Shown here: positions 15,190-24,132 of the stretch, piece after piece
Layout: the number at the start of each line of letters is the position of its first letter
Position numbering within the stretch: the first letter of the stretch is position 1
Program-made: the position numbers and the translations under genes
Notes under the pieces: model-generated
What the model saw: only the letters and a program-made list of their open reading frames with translations
Databases searched by the model: none
Told to the model about the DNA's origin: nothing
Assembly (NCBI GenBank): GCA_964494265.1
Contig: CAZBSL010000004.1
Coordinates: 3,538 to 36,600, forward strand
Source of the DNA: an uncultured Bacteroidales bacterium
Lineage (GTDB): Bacteria > Bacteroidota > Bacteroidia > Bacteroidales > JAEINX01
Length of the DNA: 33,063 nucleotides
Reading direction: 5' to 3'

Positions 15190-16380
15190 ATGCTGCTATT
15201 CTTTTCATTGTTGGGCATATTTCTTTCGGCTATTTTGGTTTATTTCAATGCCCGAAAAAATCCGTCCATTATTTACCTCGGATTTTTCTTTTTGCTAATT
15301 AGTCTCTACAGTCTGATTCAGTTTGTAGTATTATACTCAAAGTCCACTATATTGGCAAGTATTTTTTTTCTGAATATCGGATTTGTTACATATATGATTG
15401 GGCCTATGCTTTATTGGTACGTCCGAAGTGTTTTGACCGATAACTCCCGTTTACGAAAAAGTGATTGTTGGCATTTTTTACCCATGCTTCTTTTTTTTGC
15501 CCTCACACTACCACATTTGTTTACCCCCTGGTCGGAGAAAATGGAAATGGCATCTAAAATAGTGGAGAATGCAAACAATGTTTGGATAATAAACCGCAAC
15601 ATTTTTCAAAAACTAACACCCGCTTACATTGTTTTCCTGAGCCGTCCGGTTCTTGTATTGGCTTATGCCCTTGCATCGTTCATTCTGTATGTTCAATATT
15701 TGAAAAGGCCGGATAAATCACGGACACTATCATCGCAGGCTTTTATGACCAAATGGCTCGCTGTATTGTTTGCATTTCTTTTTATTTTAATACTTAGCCA
15801 TATTGGATTGATACTGGAGGTAAAAATAGAAGAACAAATAGTAATTTTTTATACCCTTAATTTTCTGTTGGCTGCATCCGGCATTGGCTTAACCGGTTTG
15901 CTAATCTCGCCCTTCTTTTTTCCTGGAGTGCTATATGGTTTGCCCCGCATACCGGAAACTCCTGATATTAATGAGCATTCAACGCCAGAAGTGCCCATAA
16001 AAAATAAAAATGAACCTCATTTTGAAGCCGATTACCTCAACCTGATACGTGAATCATCAACTTCGTGCATGGGGGAGTTACAACCCTTTCTCCAATCCGA
16101 ATTCAATCTTGCCCAACTTTCGGTACTGATTCATGTGCCCGTTCATCATCTGGCTTATTATTTCAGAGAGGTGAAAAAGCAAACGTTCAACGATTTCCGC
16201 AATGAGTGGAGGGTTGAGTACGCCAAGAACCTGATCAGAGAGGGAAAATCTACCGACCTTACGCTCGAAGCCATCGGATTGTTATCGGGCTTCTCTTCGC
16301 GCAATACTTTTCTAAATGGTTTCAAAAAGTTTGAAGGAATTTCGCCATTGGCTTTCCTTAACCAAATCAAAGAAAAATAA
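15190..16380 (+). CDS. Membrane-anchored AraC/XylS-family transcriptional regulator (~7 TM helices plus C-terminal HTH)
   Basis: Residues 1-240 form about seven hydrophobic helices. The C-terminal ~100 aa carry the AraC double-HTH pattern (LAQLSVLIHVPVHHLAYYF..WRVEYAKNLI..LEAIGLLSGFSSRNTFLNGFKKFEGISP). Confidence 0.85.
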   Translation: MLLFFSLLGIFLSAILVYFNARKNPSIIYLGFFFLLISLYSLIQFVVLYSKSTILASIFFLNIGFVTYMIGPMLYWYVRSVLTDNSRLRKSDCWHFLPMLLFFALTLPHLFTPWSEKMEMASKIVENANNVWIINRNIFQKLTPAYIVFLSRPVLVLAYALASFILYVQYLKRPDKSRTLSSQAFMTKWLAVLFAFLFILILSHIGLILEVKIEEQIVIFYTLNFLLAASGIGLTGLLISPFFFPGVLYGLPRIPETPDINEHSTPEVPIKNKNEPHFEADYLNLIRESSTSCMGELQPFLQSEFNLAQLSVLIHVPVHHLAYYFREVKKQTFNDFRNEWRVEYAKNLIREGKSTDLTLEAIGLLSGFSSRNTFLNGFKKFEGISPLAFLNQIKEK

Positions 16381-16598
16381 AAACCCGGGTTAAGTTTGCA
16401 CGGATATTATTAAAACGATGCAACATTAGCCTTGCAATCGTCCCTTTTATCTACTTTCTCCCCCATCTTTGTATTTGATTTTCTGAATTAGTTCTGCTCT
16501 TTTCGGGCAAGGTTGAGTTTTTAAGTTGCACTTGCTATTTGCTGACCTGTGAATTGAAATGAATGATCCGGAAATAATAAATTCAATTAAAAAGTTTT

Positions 16599-16994
16599 AT
16601 GGCCAAAAAGGGTTTAAAAACGGCTTCTGAAAATTCCGAAAACAAGCACCTGGCGGAAACGCCCACAAAGGTGGATTTTTGTATGGAGCATTACCGGCCC
16701 TATATCAGGCACAACTTCAATCTGAATCAACTATCAGTGATTACCAATATTCCGGTTTCAAATCTTGAAATCTATTTCAGTCAATCCCTGCATTCATTCG
16801 ATCAATATCTTGATGTATGGAGGGTAAGACATGCTAAAAATCTGATGAATAAGGGAAAAGTTCGTGACATGGAATTAAAAACCATTGGATCGCTGTCAGG
16901 CTTTTCATCAGCAAAGAAGTTTATCGAAGCATTTACAAGCATCGAAGGCATCTCACCAGAAATGTATCATTCACAAATAAACAAATCAAAATGA
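16599..16994 (+). CDS. HTH-only AraC/XylS-family protein (131 aa), paralog of the C-terminus of 15190..16380
   Basis: LNQLSVITNIPVSNLEIYF..WRVRHAKNLM..LKTIGSLSGFSSAKKFIEAFTSIEGISP aligns with the upstream regulator's HTH region. Its stop TGA (16992..16994) overlaps ATG 16991 of the next gene. Confidence 0.75.
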   Translation: MAKKGLKTASENSENKHLAETPTKVDFCMEHYRPYIRHNFNLNQLSVITNIPVSNLEIYFSQSLHSFDQYLDVWRVRHAKNLMNKGKVRDMELKTIGSLSGFSSAKKFIEAFTSIEGISPEMYHSQINKSK

Positions 16995-19900
16995 AACACA
17001 AAACAAAAAGAATCAGCTTTGCCGCATTGTTATTTTTTGGCATAGTGCTTTCGTTAAATCTGAAAGCCAACACAATTTTTGTAAACAGCAGCGCTTCAGG
17101 CAGCAACAATGGCACAAGTTGGACAAATGCATACACGTCATTGCAATCGGCACTTGATGTCGCAGTTGCCAATGATGAAATCTGGGTAGCTAAAGGAACC
17201 TACAAACCGAGTGCTGATTATGGTTTGGGTGGTTCCCGTTATTATCATTTCCGGATGACGGAAGGCGTTGAAATATATGGCGGCTTCCCAAACACCGGAG
17301 ATCCCGACATGGACGATCGCGACTTGGAAAACAACGAAACCATACTAAGCGGCGATTTGAGCAGCAACGATATTTTTGATGTAACAAATGGCGGTTACCA
17401 GGGCACAAGCGGGGATGATAACTGCTACCACGTATTGTATCACCCAAATGGATTAAATCTCACAAGTGCTGCCGTGCTGGATGGTTTCACAATAAGTGGC
17501 GGAAATGCAAACGGAGCAGCAAATCCCCACAACAGAGCCGGAGGTTTGTATCTTTATTCATCTTCACCTACTATCCGGAATGTAATATTTGAATCAAACG
17601 TAGCTGACAATTTGGGTGGGGCAGTTTACATTTATAACTTTTCATCAGTTTTTGATAATATTTCCTTCGTAAATAATATTTCAGGCGGAGGAGGAGGAAT
17701 GTATATCAGCTATGCAAGTCCGCTAATTAGCAATGCCATCTTTACCGGCAACACATCTGCTGCTGATGGGGGTGCACTATCCACTCATTCTTCTTCTCCA
17801 ATTATTACGAATGCTATATTTTCTGATAATACGGCAAAAAACAATGGCGGGGCAATAATTTTCTATTCATCGTCTGTTCAATACAATACCATTATTAATA
17901 ATGTAAGCCTATCAAACAATCAAGCCGGGGGTAGTGGCGGAGCTATTCGTTTTGCATCAACTAATGCAGCATCAACTCTAAACCTAAACAATTGTATTGT
18001 TTGGGATAATACCGCAACAACTTCAGGAAACGAACTTTCTTTGGTAAGCACGGGAACTACAACGCTAAATTATTCCTGCTATAAAAACCAAACCAATGAT
18101 GTTGAAGTGCTGAATGGAACATTGCTAACAACCAACTTCAACATCACCTCTGATCCCCTGTTTGTGGATGCGGCTGGTGGCGATTACAGCATTCAGGGTG
18201 CTTCACCCTGTGTGAATACAGGTAACAACACTTATAATTCTCTGCCCGTCGATATCCGTGGAGAAACCCGAATTCAGAATACCACCATCGACATGGGGGC
18301 GTATGAATGGACTGATGGCACAGACCCATATTGGAACGGAACAATCATTTATGTTGATGTTTCCAGCTCAGGAGGCAACAACACCGGACAAAACTGGGAC
18401 AATGCTTTTACATCCTTGCAATCGGCTTTGGATATTGCCATTCCCGGACTGCAAATCTGGGTAGCCAAAGGAATATACAAACCAAGCTCTTCTTATGATT
18501 TAACAAACACTTCGCGTTATTACCATTTCCGCTTGAAAGAAGGTGTTGAAATATATGGTGGTTTTGCCGGGACTGAAACATCCGTTGAACAACGGATAAA
18601 TTTTGGTTCAGGAGAAACCAACGAAACCATCCTGAGTGGCGATTTAAATGGAGATGATAATTTTGATATTGAAAACGGCGGATACCAGGGTACAACTGGT
18701 GATGACAACTGCTACCATGTACTCTATCACCCCAACGGATTGAACCTGACAAGTGCCACGGTTTTCGATGGATTTACTGTTAAAGGAGGGAATGCAAACG
18801 GTGCATCCGATCCGCATAACAAAGCCGGTGGCTTGTTTCTTTATTCATCTTCACCTACTATCCGGAATGTAATATTTGAATCTAACGTAGCTGACAATTT
18901 GGGTGGGGCAGTTTACATTTATAACTTTTCATCAGTTTTTGATAATATTTCCTTCGTAAATAATATTTCAGGCGGAGGAGGAGGAATGTATATCAGCTAT
19001 GCAAGTCCGCTAATTAGCAATGCCATCTTTACCGGCAACACATCTGCTGCTGATGGGGGTGCACTATCCACTCATTCTTCTTCTCCAATTATTACGAATG
19101 CTATATTTTCTGATAATACGGCAACAAACAATGGCGGGGCAATAATTTTCTATTCATCGTCTGTTCAATTTAATGCTACTATAAATAATGTAAGTTTGTC
19201 GGATAATCAGGCAGGAATAAGCGGAGGAGCTATTCGTTTTGCCTCGAATAATGCGGCATCAACTCTAAACCTAAACAATTGTATTGTTTGGGATAATACG
19301 GCAACAACTTCAGGAAACGAACTTTCTTTGGTAAGCACGGGAACTACAACGCTAAATTATTCCTGCTATAAAAACCAAACCAATGATGTTGAAGTGCTGA
19401 ATGGAACATTGCTAACAACCAACTTCAACATCACCTCTGATCCCCTGTTTGTGGATGCGGCTGGTGGCGATTACAGCATTCAGGGTGCTTCACCCTGTGT
19501 GAATACAGGTAACAACACTTATAATTCTCTGCCCGTCGATATCCGTGGAGAAACCCGAATTCAGAATACCACCATCGACATGGGGGCGTATGAATGGACT
19601 GATGGCACAGACCCATATTGGAACGGAACAATCATTTATGTTGATGTTTCCAGCTCAGGAGGCAACAACACCGGACAAAACTGGGACAATGCTTTTACAT
19701 CCTTGCAATCGGCTTTGGATATTGCCATTCCCGGACTGCAAATCTGGGTAGCCAAAGGAATATACAAACCAAGCTCTTCTTATGATTTAACAAACACTTC
19801 GCGTTATTACCATTTCCGCTTGAAAGAAGGTGTTGAAATATATGGTGGTTTTGCCGGGACTGAAACATCCGTTGAACAACGGATAAATTTTGGTTCAGGA

Positions 19901-22900
19901 GAAACCAACGAAACCATCCTGAGTGGCGATTTAAATGGAGATGATAATTTTGATATTGAAAACGGCGGATACCAGGGCACAACGGGCGATGATAACTGCT
20001 ACCATGTGTTTTATCATCCATCAGGAACAAACCTGGATAATTCCGCTTCATTGAACGGCTTTACCATTCGGGGAGGGAATGCAAATGATAATGGGGGAGG
20101 AATGTTAAACGATGGTTCTTCGCCAACGCTGGAACAAATAAATTTTAAAGAAAATAGTGCTGCTTTGGGAGGGGGAGGTATTAACAATAACAATTCGTCT
20201 TCACCTTTGATCTTAAATTGCGTTTTCCGTTCAAATATATCAGCGAATAGCGGAGGCGCACTTGATATTTGGAATTCCTCAAATGCAACAATAATCAACT
20301 GCCTTTTTTATCAGAATAACAGCTATGCCGGTGGAGCAATTATGATTGCAAACGCTAACCCTACTATTACAAATGCAACTATTTGCCAAAATACTGCAAC
20401 CTTGGGCGGAGGGCTTTATTGCGTTTTTGGTGGATCACCAGAATTAAATAATTGCATAATGTGGGATAATGCTGCAACAAGTGGAAATCAAATCTACTTA
20501 GGTTCTTTAGCTGGTGAGACGATACTAAATTATTCCTGTTACTCAAACAGTGCAAATGATATTGTTATTTCCGGTGGTACATTTACAACCACAAATAATA
20601 ACATAAACTCTGATCCGGATTTTGCAAATGCAGATGCCGGGGATTTCAGACTTATTTCCAATTCACCTGCCATAAATACCGGGCTGAATAGTTACAATTC
20701 TCAAACAAATGATATTCGCGGGGAACTTCGTATCCAGGATGTTACTATTGATATGGGTGCCTATGAGTGGACCAGTGGTGTGGACCCCCAGCTTGTTTTT
20801 GTGAATACCCTGGCTTCCGGGGCTAATGACGGTTCATCCTGGTTGGATGCTTTTATTTCTTTGCAATCTGCACTCAATATCGTGGCTTCCGGCGATCGGA
20901 TATGGGTAGCAAAAGGCACATACAAACCAAGCTATGCTTATGGTTATGCCGGTGGTCCCCGACAGTATCATTTTGAATTGCTGAATAACCTGGAGGTATA
21001 TGGTGGGTTCGCCGGAACGGAAAGTACCATTGAAGAAAGAGCAAACTTTGGTCCTGGTGAGTCAAACGAAACTGTTTTGAGTGGTGATATTGGTGTTATT
21101 GGGGATTTGACCGACAATTGCTATCATGTTATTTTTAACTGGAACAATGGTAATAATTCATTATTGGATGGTTTTACTGTCAAACTGGGGAATGCTTCAG
21201 AGGGTATGACTACCTCATGGGGTGGAGGTCTACATTTCAATAATGTTTCCGGCAATTTGCAAAACATGACGTTCGAATCAAATTATGGTATTCTGGGGGG
21301 AGGAATCTTTCTGTGGAAAAACAGTACACTAACGGCTACCAATCTGCTTGTTAAAAGCAATTGTGCTACCAGTGGAGCAGGAATATGTAGTTCATCATCT
21401 ACTGTTAATCTGATTAATGCCAGTTTAAATAATAATGATGCAAGTAATGAGGGTGGCGCCATCTTTATGAATGGGACTTCAATTGTTGCGATCAATAATA
21501 GCATACTTTGGGGTAATCATGCCCAGGGAAATGGGAATGAAATATTTATTGATGGCGGAAACGTAGGTCTTAACTATTGCTGTTTTTCAAATAGTTCAGG
21601 CGATATTTCTAATCCCGGAGGTACTTTTAACCCTCAAAATTGTAAGAACAGCGATCCATTATTTGTAAATACTTCTACAGGAGATTTGCGGCTTTTTGGT
21701 AATTCTCTGTGTGTAAATTCCGGATCTAATAGTGATAATACATTATCTACAGATATAAGGGGTGAGGCCAGGATTCAGAATACAGCCATCGACATGGGCG
21801 CTTATGAGTGGACGGAAGGTGTTGATCCGAGCACTAACGTAATTACCTGGACAGGAAATACAGATTTTGATTGGAATGAATCAGGCAATTGGTCAGGGAA
21901 TGTTGCCCCAACGCAGGCTTATGATGTGGTAATCCCTAATGTAGGAAACGATCCTGTTGTTAACCAGAACCCCGATAATCCTGCCACTTGCAAAAACCTG
22001 ACCATCCAAAGTGGCGCTGTACTAAGCGTGGCCGCAGGAAAAGCACTTACTGTTGCCGGAGTCCTTAACAACAATGCCGGCAATGCTGCCCTGATTTTAA
22101 AATCTGATGCTACAGGTACTGCATCTCTCATCCACGAAACTTCGGGTGTAAGTGCTACGATTGAGCGGTTTACCCCAATGTATGTGGGTGCAGCCGGCTG
22201 GCACGACATTTCTTCTCCTGTTGCAGCCCAAGCCATTCGTCCGGGGTTTGTCCCTAACGAAAATCCCATTCCCGGTAGCAACGATTTCTATAAATTTGAT
22301 GAAATCCAAAACCTGTGGATCAACACAAAAGATGATATTGGAAATTGGAACTCTTCATTTGAAGATGGTTTTGTTGTAGGTCGTGGATACAATGTGGCTT
22401 ACGCTGAGAATGAAACAAAATCCTTTGCCGGTGAATTGAGTGTTGGAGATTTTACTTTTAATGGAAGTACAATTCCTGCCATCACTTACACAGCCGATGG
22501 CGGCATTGGTTGGAATCTGATGGGAAATCCATATGCCTCAGCGCTCGATTGGAACTTGTGTTCAAAAACCAATATTGATGCCTCTGTATATGCCTACGAT
22601 GGTGATGCCGGCCAGTACGTAAGCTGGAATGGAAGCATTGGAGCTCTCGACGGTGGCATCATCCCACCCATGAATGCCTTCTTTATAAAAGCCTCCGCCA
22701 ATCCTGAATTAACCATTCCCAATTCATCACGGGTACATACATCAACTAATTTCTATAAAGACAAAACTTTCGTTAAAGATTTGCTTGTGCTAAAAGTGGA
22801 AGGAAATGGTTTCTCTGACCAAACTTATATCCATTTTAATGAAAACGCAACGCTGGATTTCGATCAGAATCTTGATGCTTACAAACTTTTAGGAATTTCC

Positions 22901-23422
22901 GAAGCTCCTCAACTTTACACCAAAGTCGGAGATTCCAAACTTAGTATTAATGTACTTCCTTACACCAGCGAAGAAATGGTTATTCCTCTTGGCTTGAACG
23001 TTGGTCAGGAAAATGAATATATCATTAAAGTCTCTGATAATACCTATTGGGAAACTGTGGATATTTCACTCAAAGATTTGGAAACAGGAAATATCTACAA
23101 TCTAAAAACCAATAATTCTATATCCATTAACCAATCCTCGACCATTCCCGATCGTTTCCTCTTACTCATAAATGGAGCTACATACATCGAAGAAAACATC
23201 CGAGATAACAGCATTGAAATCTACAGCTATGGAAATCAAATCTTAATCAAATCTGATGAGCCCTACGAGGTACAGGTTTCGGTTTTTAATCTCTTGGGGC
23301 AAAGTATTCTGCATCGAACTATGACAGGGTCTGAAACACTGTCAGGCTTGGATACTGGTTTCTATCTCGTTGTAGTAACAACAGAGAAGGCAACAAAAAC
23401 AAAAAAGGTTTTTATTAGATGA
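16991..23422 (+). CDS. Giant secreted right-handed beta-helix repeat protein with a T9SS C-terminal sorting domain (adhesin-like, 2143 aa)
   Basis: It has a signal peptide. There are four modules, each opening with SG.N.G.SW..A(F/Y).SLQSAL..IWVAKG(T/I)YKPS and closing with DIRGE.RIQ..IDMGAYEW. The G/N/S/A-rich interiors are typical of parallel beta-helix turns. The last ~70 aa fit the T9SS CTD pattern (IEIYSYGNQILIKS..VFNLLGQSI..GFYLVVVTT..KKVFIR). Confidence 0.9.
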   Translation: MKHKTKRISFAALLFFGIVLSLNLKANTIFVNSSASGSNNGTSWTNAYTSLQSALDVAVANDEIWVAKGTYKPSADYGLGGSRYYHFRMTEGVEIYGGFPNTGDPDMDDRDLENNETILSGDLSSNDIFDVTNGGYQGTSGDDNCYHVLYHPNGLNLTSAAVLDGFTISGGNANGAANPHNRAGGLYLYSSSPTIRNVIFESNVADNLGGAVYIYNFSSVFDNISFVNNISGGGGGMYISYASPLISNAIFTGNTSAADGGALSTHSSSPIITNAIFSDNTAKNNGGAIIFYSSSVQYNTIINNVSLSNNQAGGSGGAIRFASTNAASTLNLNNCIVWDNTATTSGNELSLVSTGTTTLNYSCYKNQTNDVEVLNGTLLTTNFNITSDPLFVDAAGGDYSIQGASPCVNTGNNTYNSLPVDIRGETRIQNTTIDMGAYEWTDGTDPYWNGTIIYVDVSSSGGNNTGQNWDNAFTSLQSALDIAIPGLQIWVAKGIYKPSSSYDLTNTSRYYHFRLKEGVEIYGGFAGTETSVEQRINFGSGETNETILSGDLNGDDNFDIENGGYQGTTGDDNCYHVLYHPNGLNLTSATVFDGFTVKGGNANGASDPHNKAGGLFLYSSSPTIRNVIFESNVADNLGGAVYIYNFSSVFDNISFVNNISGGGGGMYISYASPLISNAIFTGNTSAADGGALSTHSSSPIITNAIFSDNTATNNGGAIIFYSSSVQFNATINNVSLSDNQAGISGGAIRFASNNAASTLNLNNCIVWDNTATTSGNELSLVSTGTTTLNYSCYKNQTNDVEVLNGTLLTTNFNITSDPLFVDAAGGDYSIQGASPCVNTGNNTYNSLPVDIRGETRIQNTTIDMGAYEWTDGTDPYWNGTIIYVDVSSSGGNNTGQNWDNAFTSLQSALDIAIPGLQIWVAKGIYKPSSSYDLTNTSRYYHFRLKEGVEIYGGFAGTETSVEQRINFGSGETNETILSGDLNGDDNFDIENGGYQGTTGDDNCYHVFYHPSGTNLDNSASLNGFTIRGGNANDNGGGMLNDGSSPTLEQINFKENSAALGGGGINNNNSSSPLILNCVFRSNISANSGGALDIWNSSNATIINCLFYQNNSYAGGAIMIANANPTITNATICQNTATLGGGLYCVFGGSPELNNCIMWDNAATSGNQIYLGSLAGETILNYSCYSNSANDIVISGGTFTTTNNNINSDPDFANADAGDFRLISNSPAINTGLNSYNSQTNDIRGELRIQDVTIDMGAYEWTSGVDPQLVFVNTLASGANDGSSWLDAFISLQSALNIVASGDRIWVAKGTYKPSYAYGYAGGPRQYHFELLNNLEVYGGFAGTESTIEERANFGPGESNETVLSGDIGVIGDLTDNCYHVIFNWNNGNNSLLDGFTVKLGNASEGMTTSWGGGLHFNNVSGNLQNMTFESNYGILGGGIFLWKNSTLTATNLLVKSNCATSGAGICSSSSTVNLINASLNNNDASNEGGAIFMNGTSIVAINNSILWGNHAQGNGNEIFIDGGNVGLNYCCFSNSSGDISNPGGTFNPQNCKNSDPLFVNTSTGDLRLFGNSLCVNSGSNSDNTLSTDIRGEARIQNTAIDMGAYEWTEGVDPSTNVITWTGNTDFDWNESGNWSGNVAPTQAYDVVIPNVGNDPVVNQNPDNPATCKNLTIQSGAVLSVAAGKALTVAGVLNNNAGNAALILKSDATGTASLIHETSGVSATIERFTPMYVGAAGWHDISSPVAAQAIRPGFVPNENPIPGSNDFYKFDEIQNLWINTKDDIGNWNSSFEDGFVVGRGYNVAYAENETKSFAGELSVGDFTFNGSTIPAITYTADGGIGWNLMGNPYASALDWNLCSKTNIDASVYAYDGDAGQYVSWNGSIGALDGGIIPPMNAFFIKASANPELTIPNSSRVHTSTNFYKDKTFVKDLLVLKVEGNGFSDQTYIHFNENATLDFDQNLDAYKLLGISEAPQLYTKVGDSKLSINVLPYTSEEMVIPLGLNVGQENEYIIKVSDNTYWETVDISLKDLETGNIYNLKTNNSISINQSSTIPDRFLLLINGATYIEENIRDNSIEIYSYGNQILIKSDEPYEVQVSVFNLLGQSILHRTMTGSETLSGLDTGFYLVVVTTEKATKTKKVFIR
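17554..19977 (+). repeat. Intragenic tandem repeat with a 1287-bp (429-codon) period and near-identical copies
   Basis: 17554..18690 matches 18841..19977. Perfect tracts are 18014..18690 = 19301..19977 (677 bp) and 17597..17837 = 18884..19124 (241 bp). The identical shadow ORFs 18144..18344 and 19431..19631 confirm the offset. Confidence 0.95.
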
Positions 23423-23610
23423 TTTGACATTCCAAATCAAGGGACTTTTTGTCGCTTGGTATAATATTCCATCAATCAAGGAACGAGGACATGGAGATGT
23501 TACAAGAAAAAGAGGCATAAAGTGAAGTACAAAACTTAACGAAATGTAAACACAAATATTAAATCTTTTTTCTTTAAGAAATTCATTAAAAAAATAGCAA
23601 CCAATTTGTT

Positions 23611-23738
23611 CATTATACCTTATTTCAATATACATTTTTAAACAATGAATACCGAACAAGGAATTTCGAATAATGAATTTCTTCAACATTCATCATTCCT
23701 TGTTCTATATTCGATATTAATATTTCAAAATAAATTCC
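23611..23738 (+). repeat. Dispersed composite element, copy B (lacks the short hairpin)
   Basis: TATTTCAATATACATTTTTAA, the long hairpin 23647..23712 and the tail ATTTCAAAATAAATTCC match copies A and C. It has the 7-nt TTCGAAT insertion in the left arm, as copy C does. Confidence 0.8.
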
Positions 23739-23823
23739 TAAGTCCGGGAATAATACGTGTTTAAATGGTTCACGCAAAGTTCGCAGACGAATCGCAAAGC
23801 ACGCAAGGCATTGATTATAAACA

Positions 23824-23964
23824 CCCCGCTACCGCACGATTGTATCGTGTGGTTTTTTGAATATTATCATTTCAATATACATTTTTTAATAATGAATACT
23901 GAACAAGAAATTTCGAATAATGAAGTTTTCGGCATTCATCATTCCTTGTTCAATATTCGATATT
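23824..23964 (+). repeat. Dispersed composite element, copy C (complete)
   Basis: Its 34-nt short-hairpin segment is identical to copy A. The spacer TGAATATTATCATTTCAATATACATTTTTTAA follows, then the long hairpin 23894..23958. Confidence 0.85.
23831..23858 (+). terminator. Terminator-like hairpin plus T-run (part of element copy C)
   Basis: The same 10-bp stem and 3-nt loop as 13237..13263, followed by T6. It lies ~410 nt downstream of the giant gene's stop. Confidence 0.55.
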
Positions 23965-24006
23965 TCTTCTTTAAACGTGAGGTAGCGAGGATATATAAAA
24001 TAATAA

Positions 24007-24039
24007 TTTGTTGTTACTAAATTAATTTGTTTACTTTTG
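24007..24039 (+). promoter_or_regulatory. Candidate Bacteroidota promoter for the helicase gene (-33 TTTG, -7 TACTTTTG)
   Basis: TTTG at 24007..24010 and TACTTTTG (TAnnTTTG) at 24032..24039 are separated by a 21-nt spacer. This implies a 5' UTR of about 85-90 nt. Confidence 0.45.
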
Positions 24040-24132
24040 CCGCTTAATTCTTAAAAAAATAAAATGGCGACAATAGCATCGTCGTCAGGCAAATTTCAAT
24101 TTTCAACAAAAACAGATTATAAAAAAAACTAA

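Noticed and set aside
18144-18752. Minus- and plus-strand ORFs nested in the giant genes (e.g. 18144..18344, 18258..18464, 18408..18752 and their duplicates at +1287; 1831..2112, 2560..2841; 21919..22281)
   Set aside because: They lie wholly inside long, well-supported coding frames and have low-complexity or odd compositions. Their duplication merely mirrors the DNA repeats. They are shadow ORFs.
17554-19977. Diversity-generating retroelement (template/variable repeat pair) explaining the near-identical repeats, here and at 1729..3186
   Set aside because: There is no reverse transcriptase or accessory gene in the window. Differences between copies include all substitution types rather than being confined to adenines. 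The repeats are tandem in-frame protein modules.
23342-23689. 115-aa minus-strand ORF spanning the 3' end of the giant gene and element copy B
   Set aside because: It overlaps a confident CDS and a repeat element, and its C/F/L-rich sequence is typical of AT-rich noise. It has no promoter or family signal.
13230-23964. Integron-like cassette array with the long hairpins acting as attC sites
   Set aside because: The hairpin arms lack the R''/R' core (RYYYAAC / GTTRRRY) and no intI gene is present. Copies B and C enclose only ~85 bp with no ORF. The enclosed genes have their own promoters and mixed orientations.
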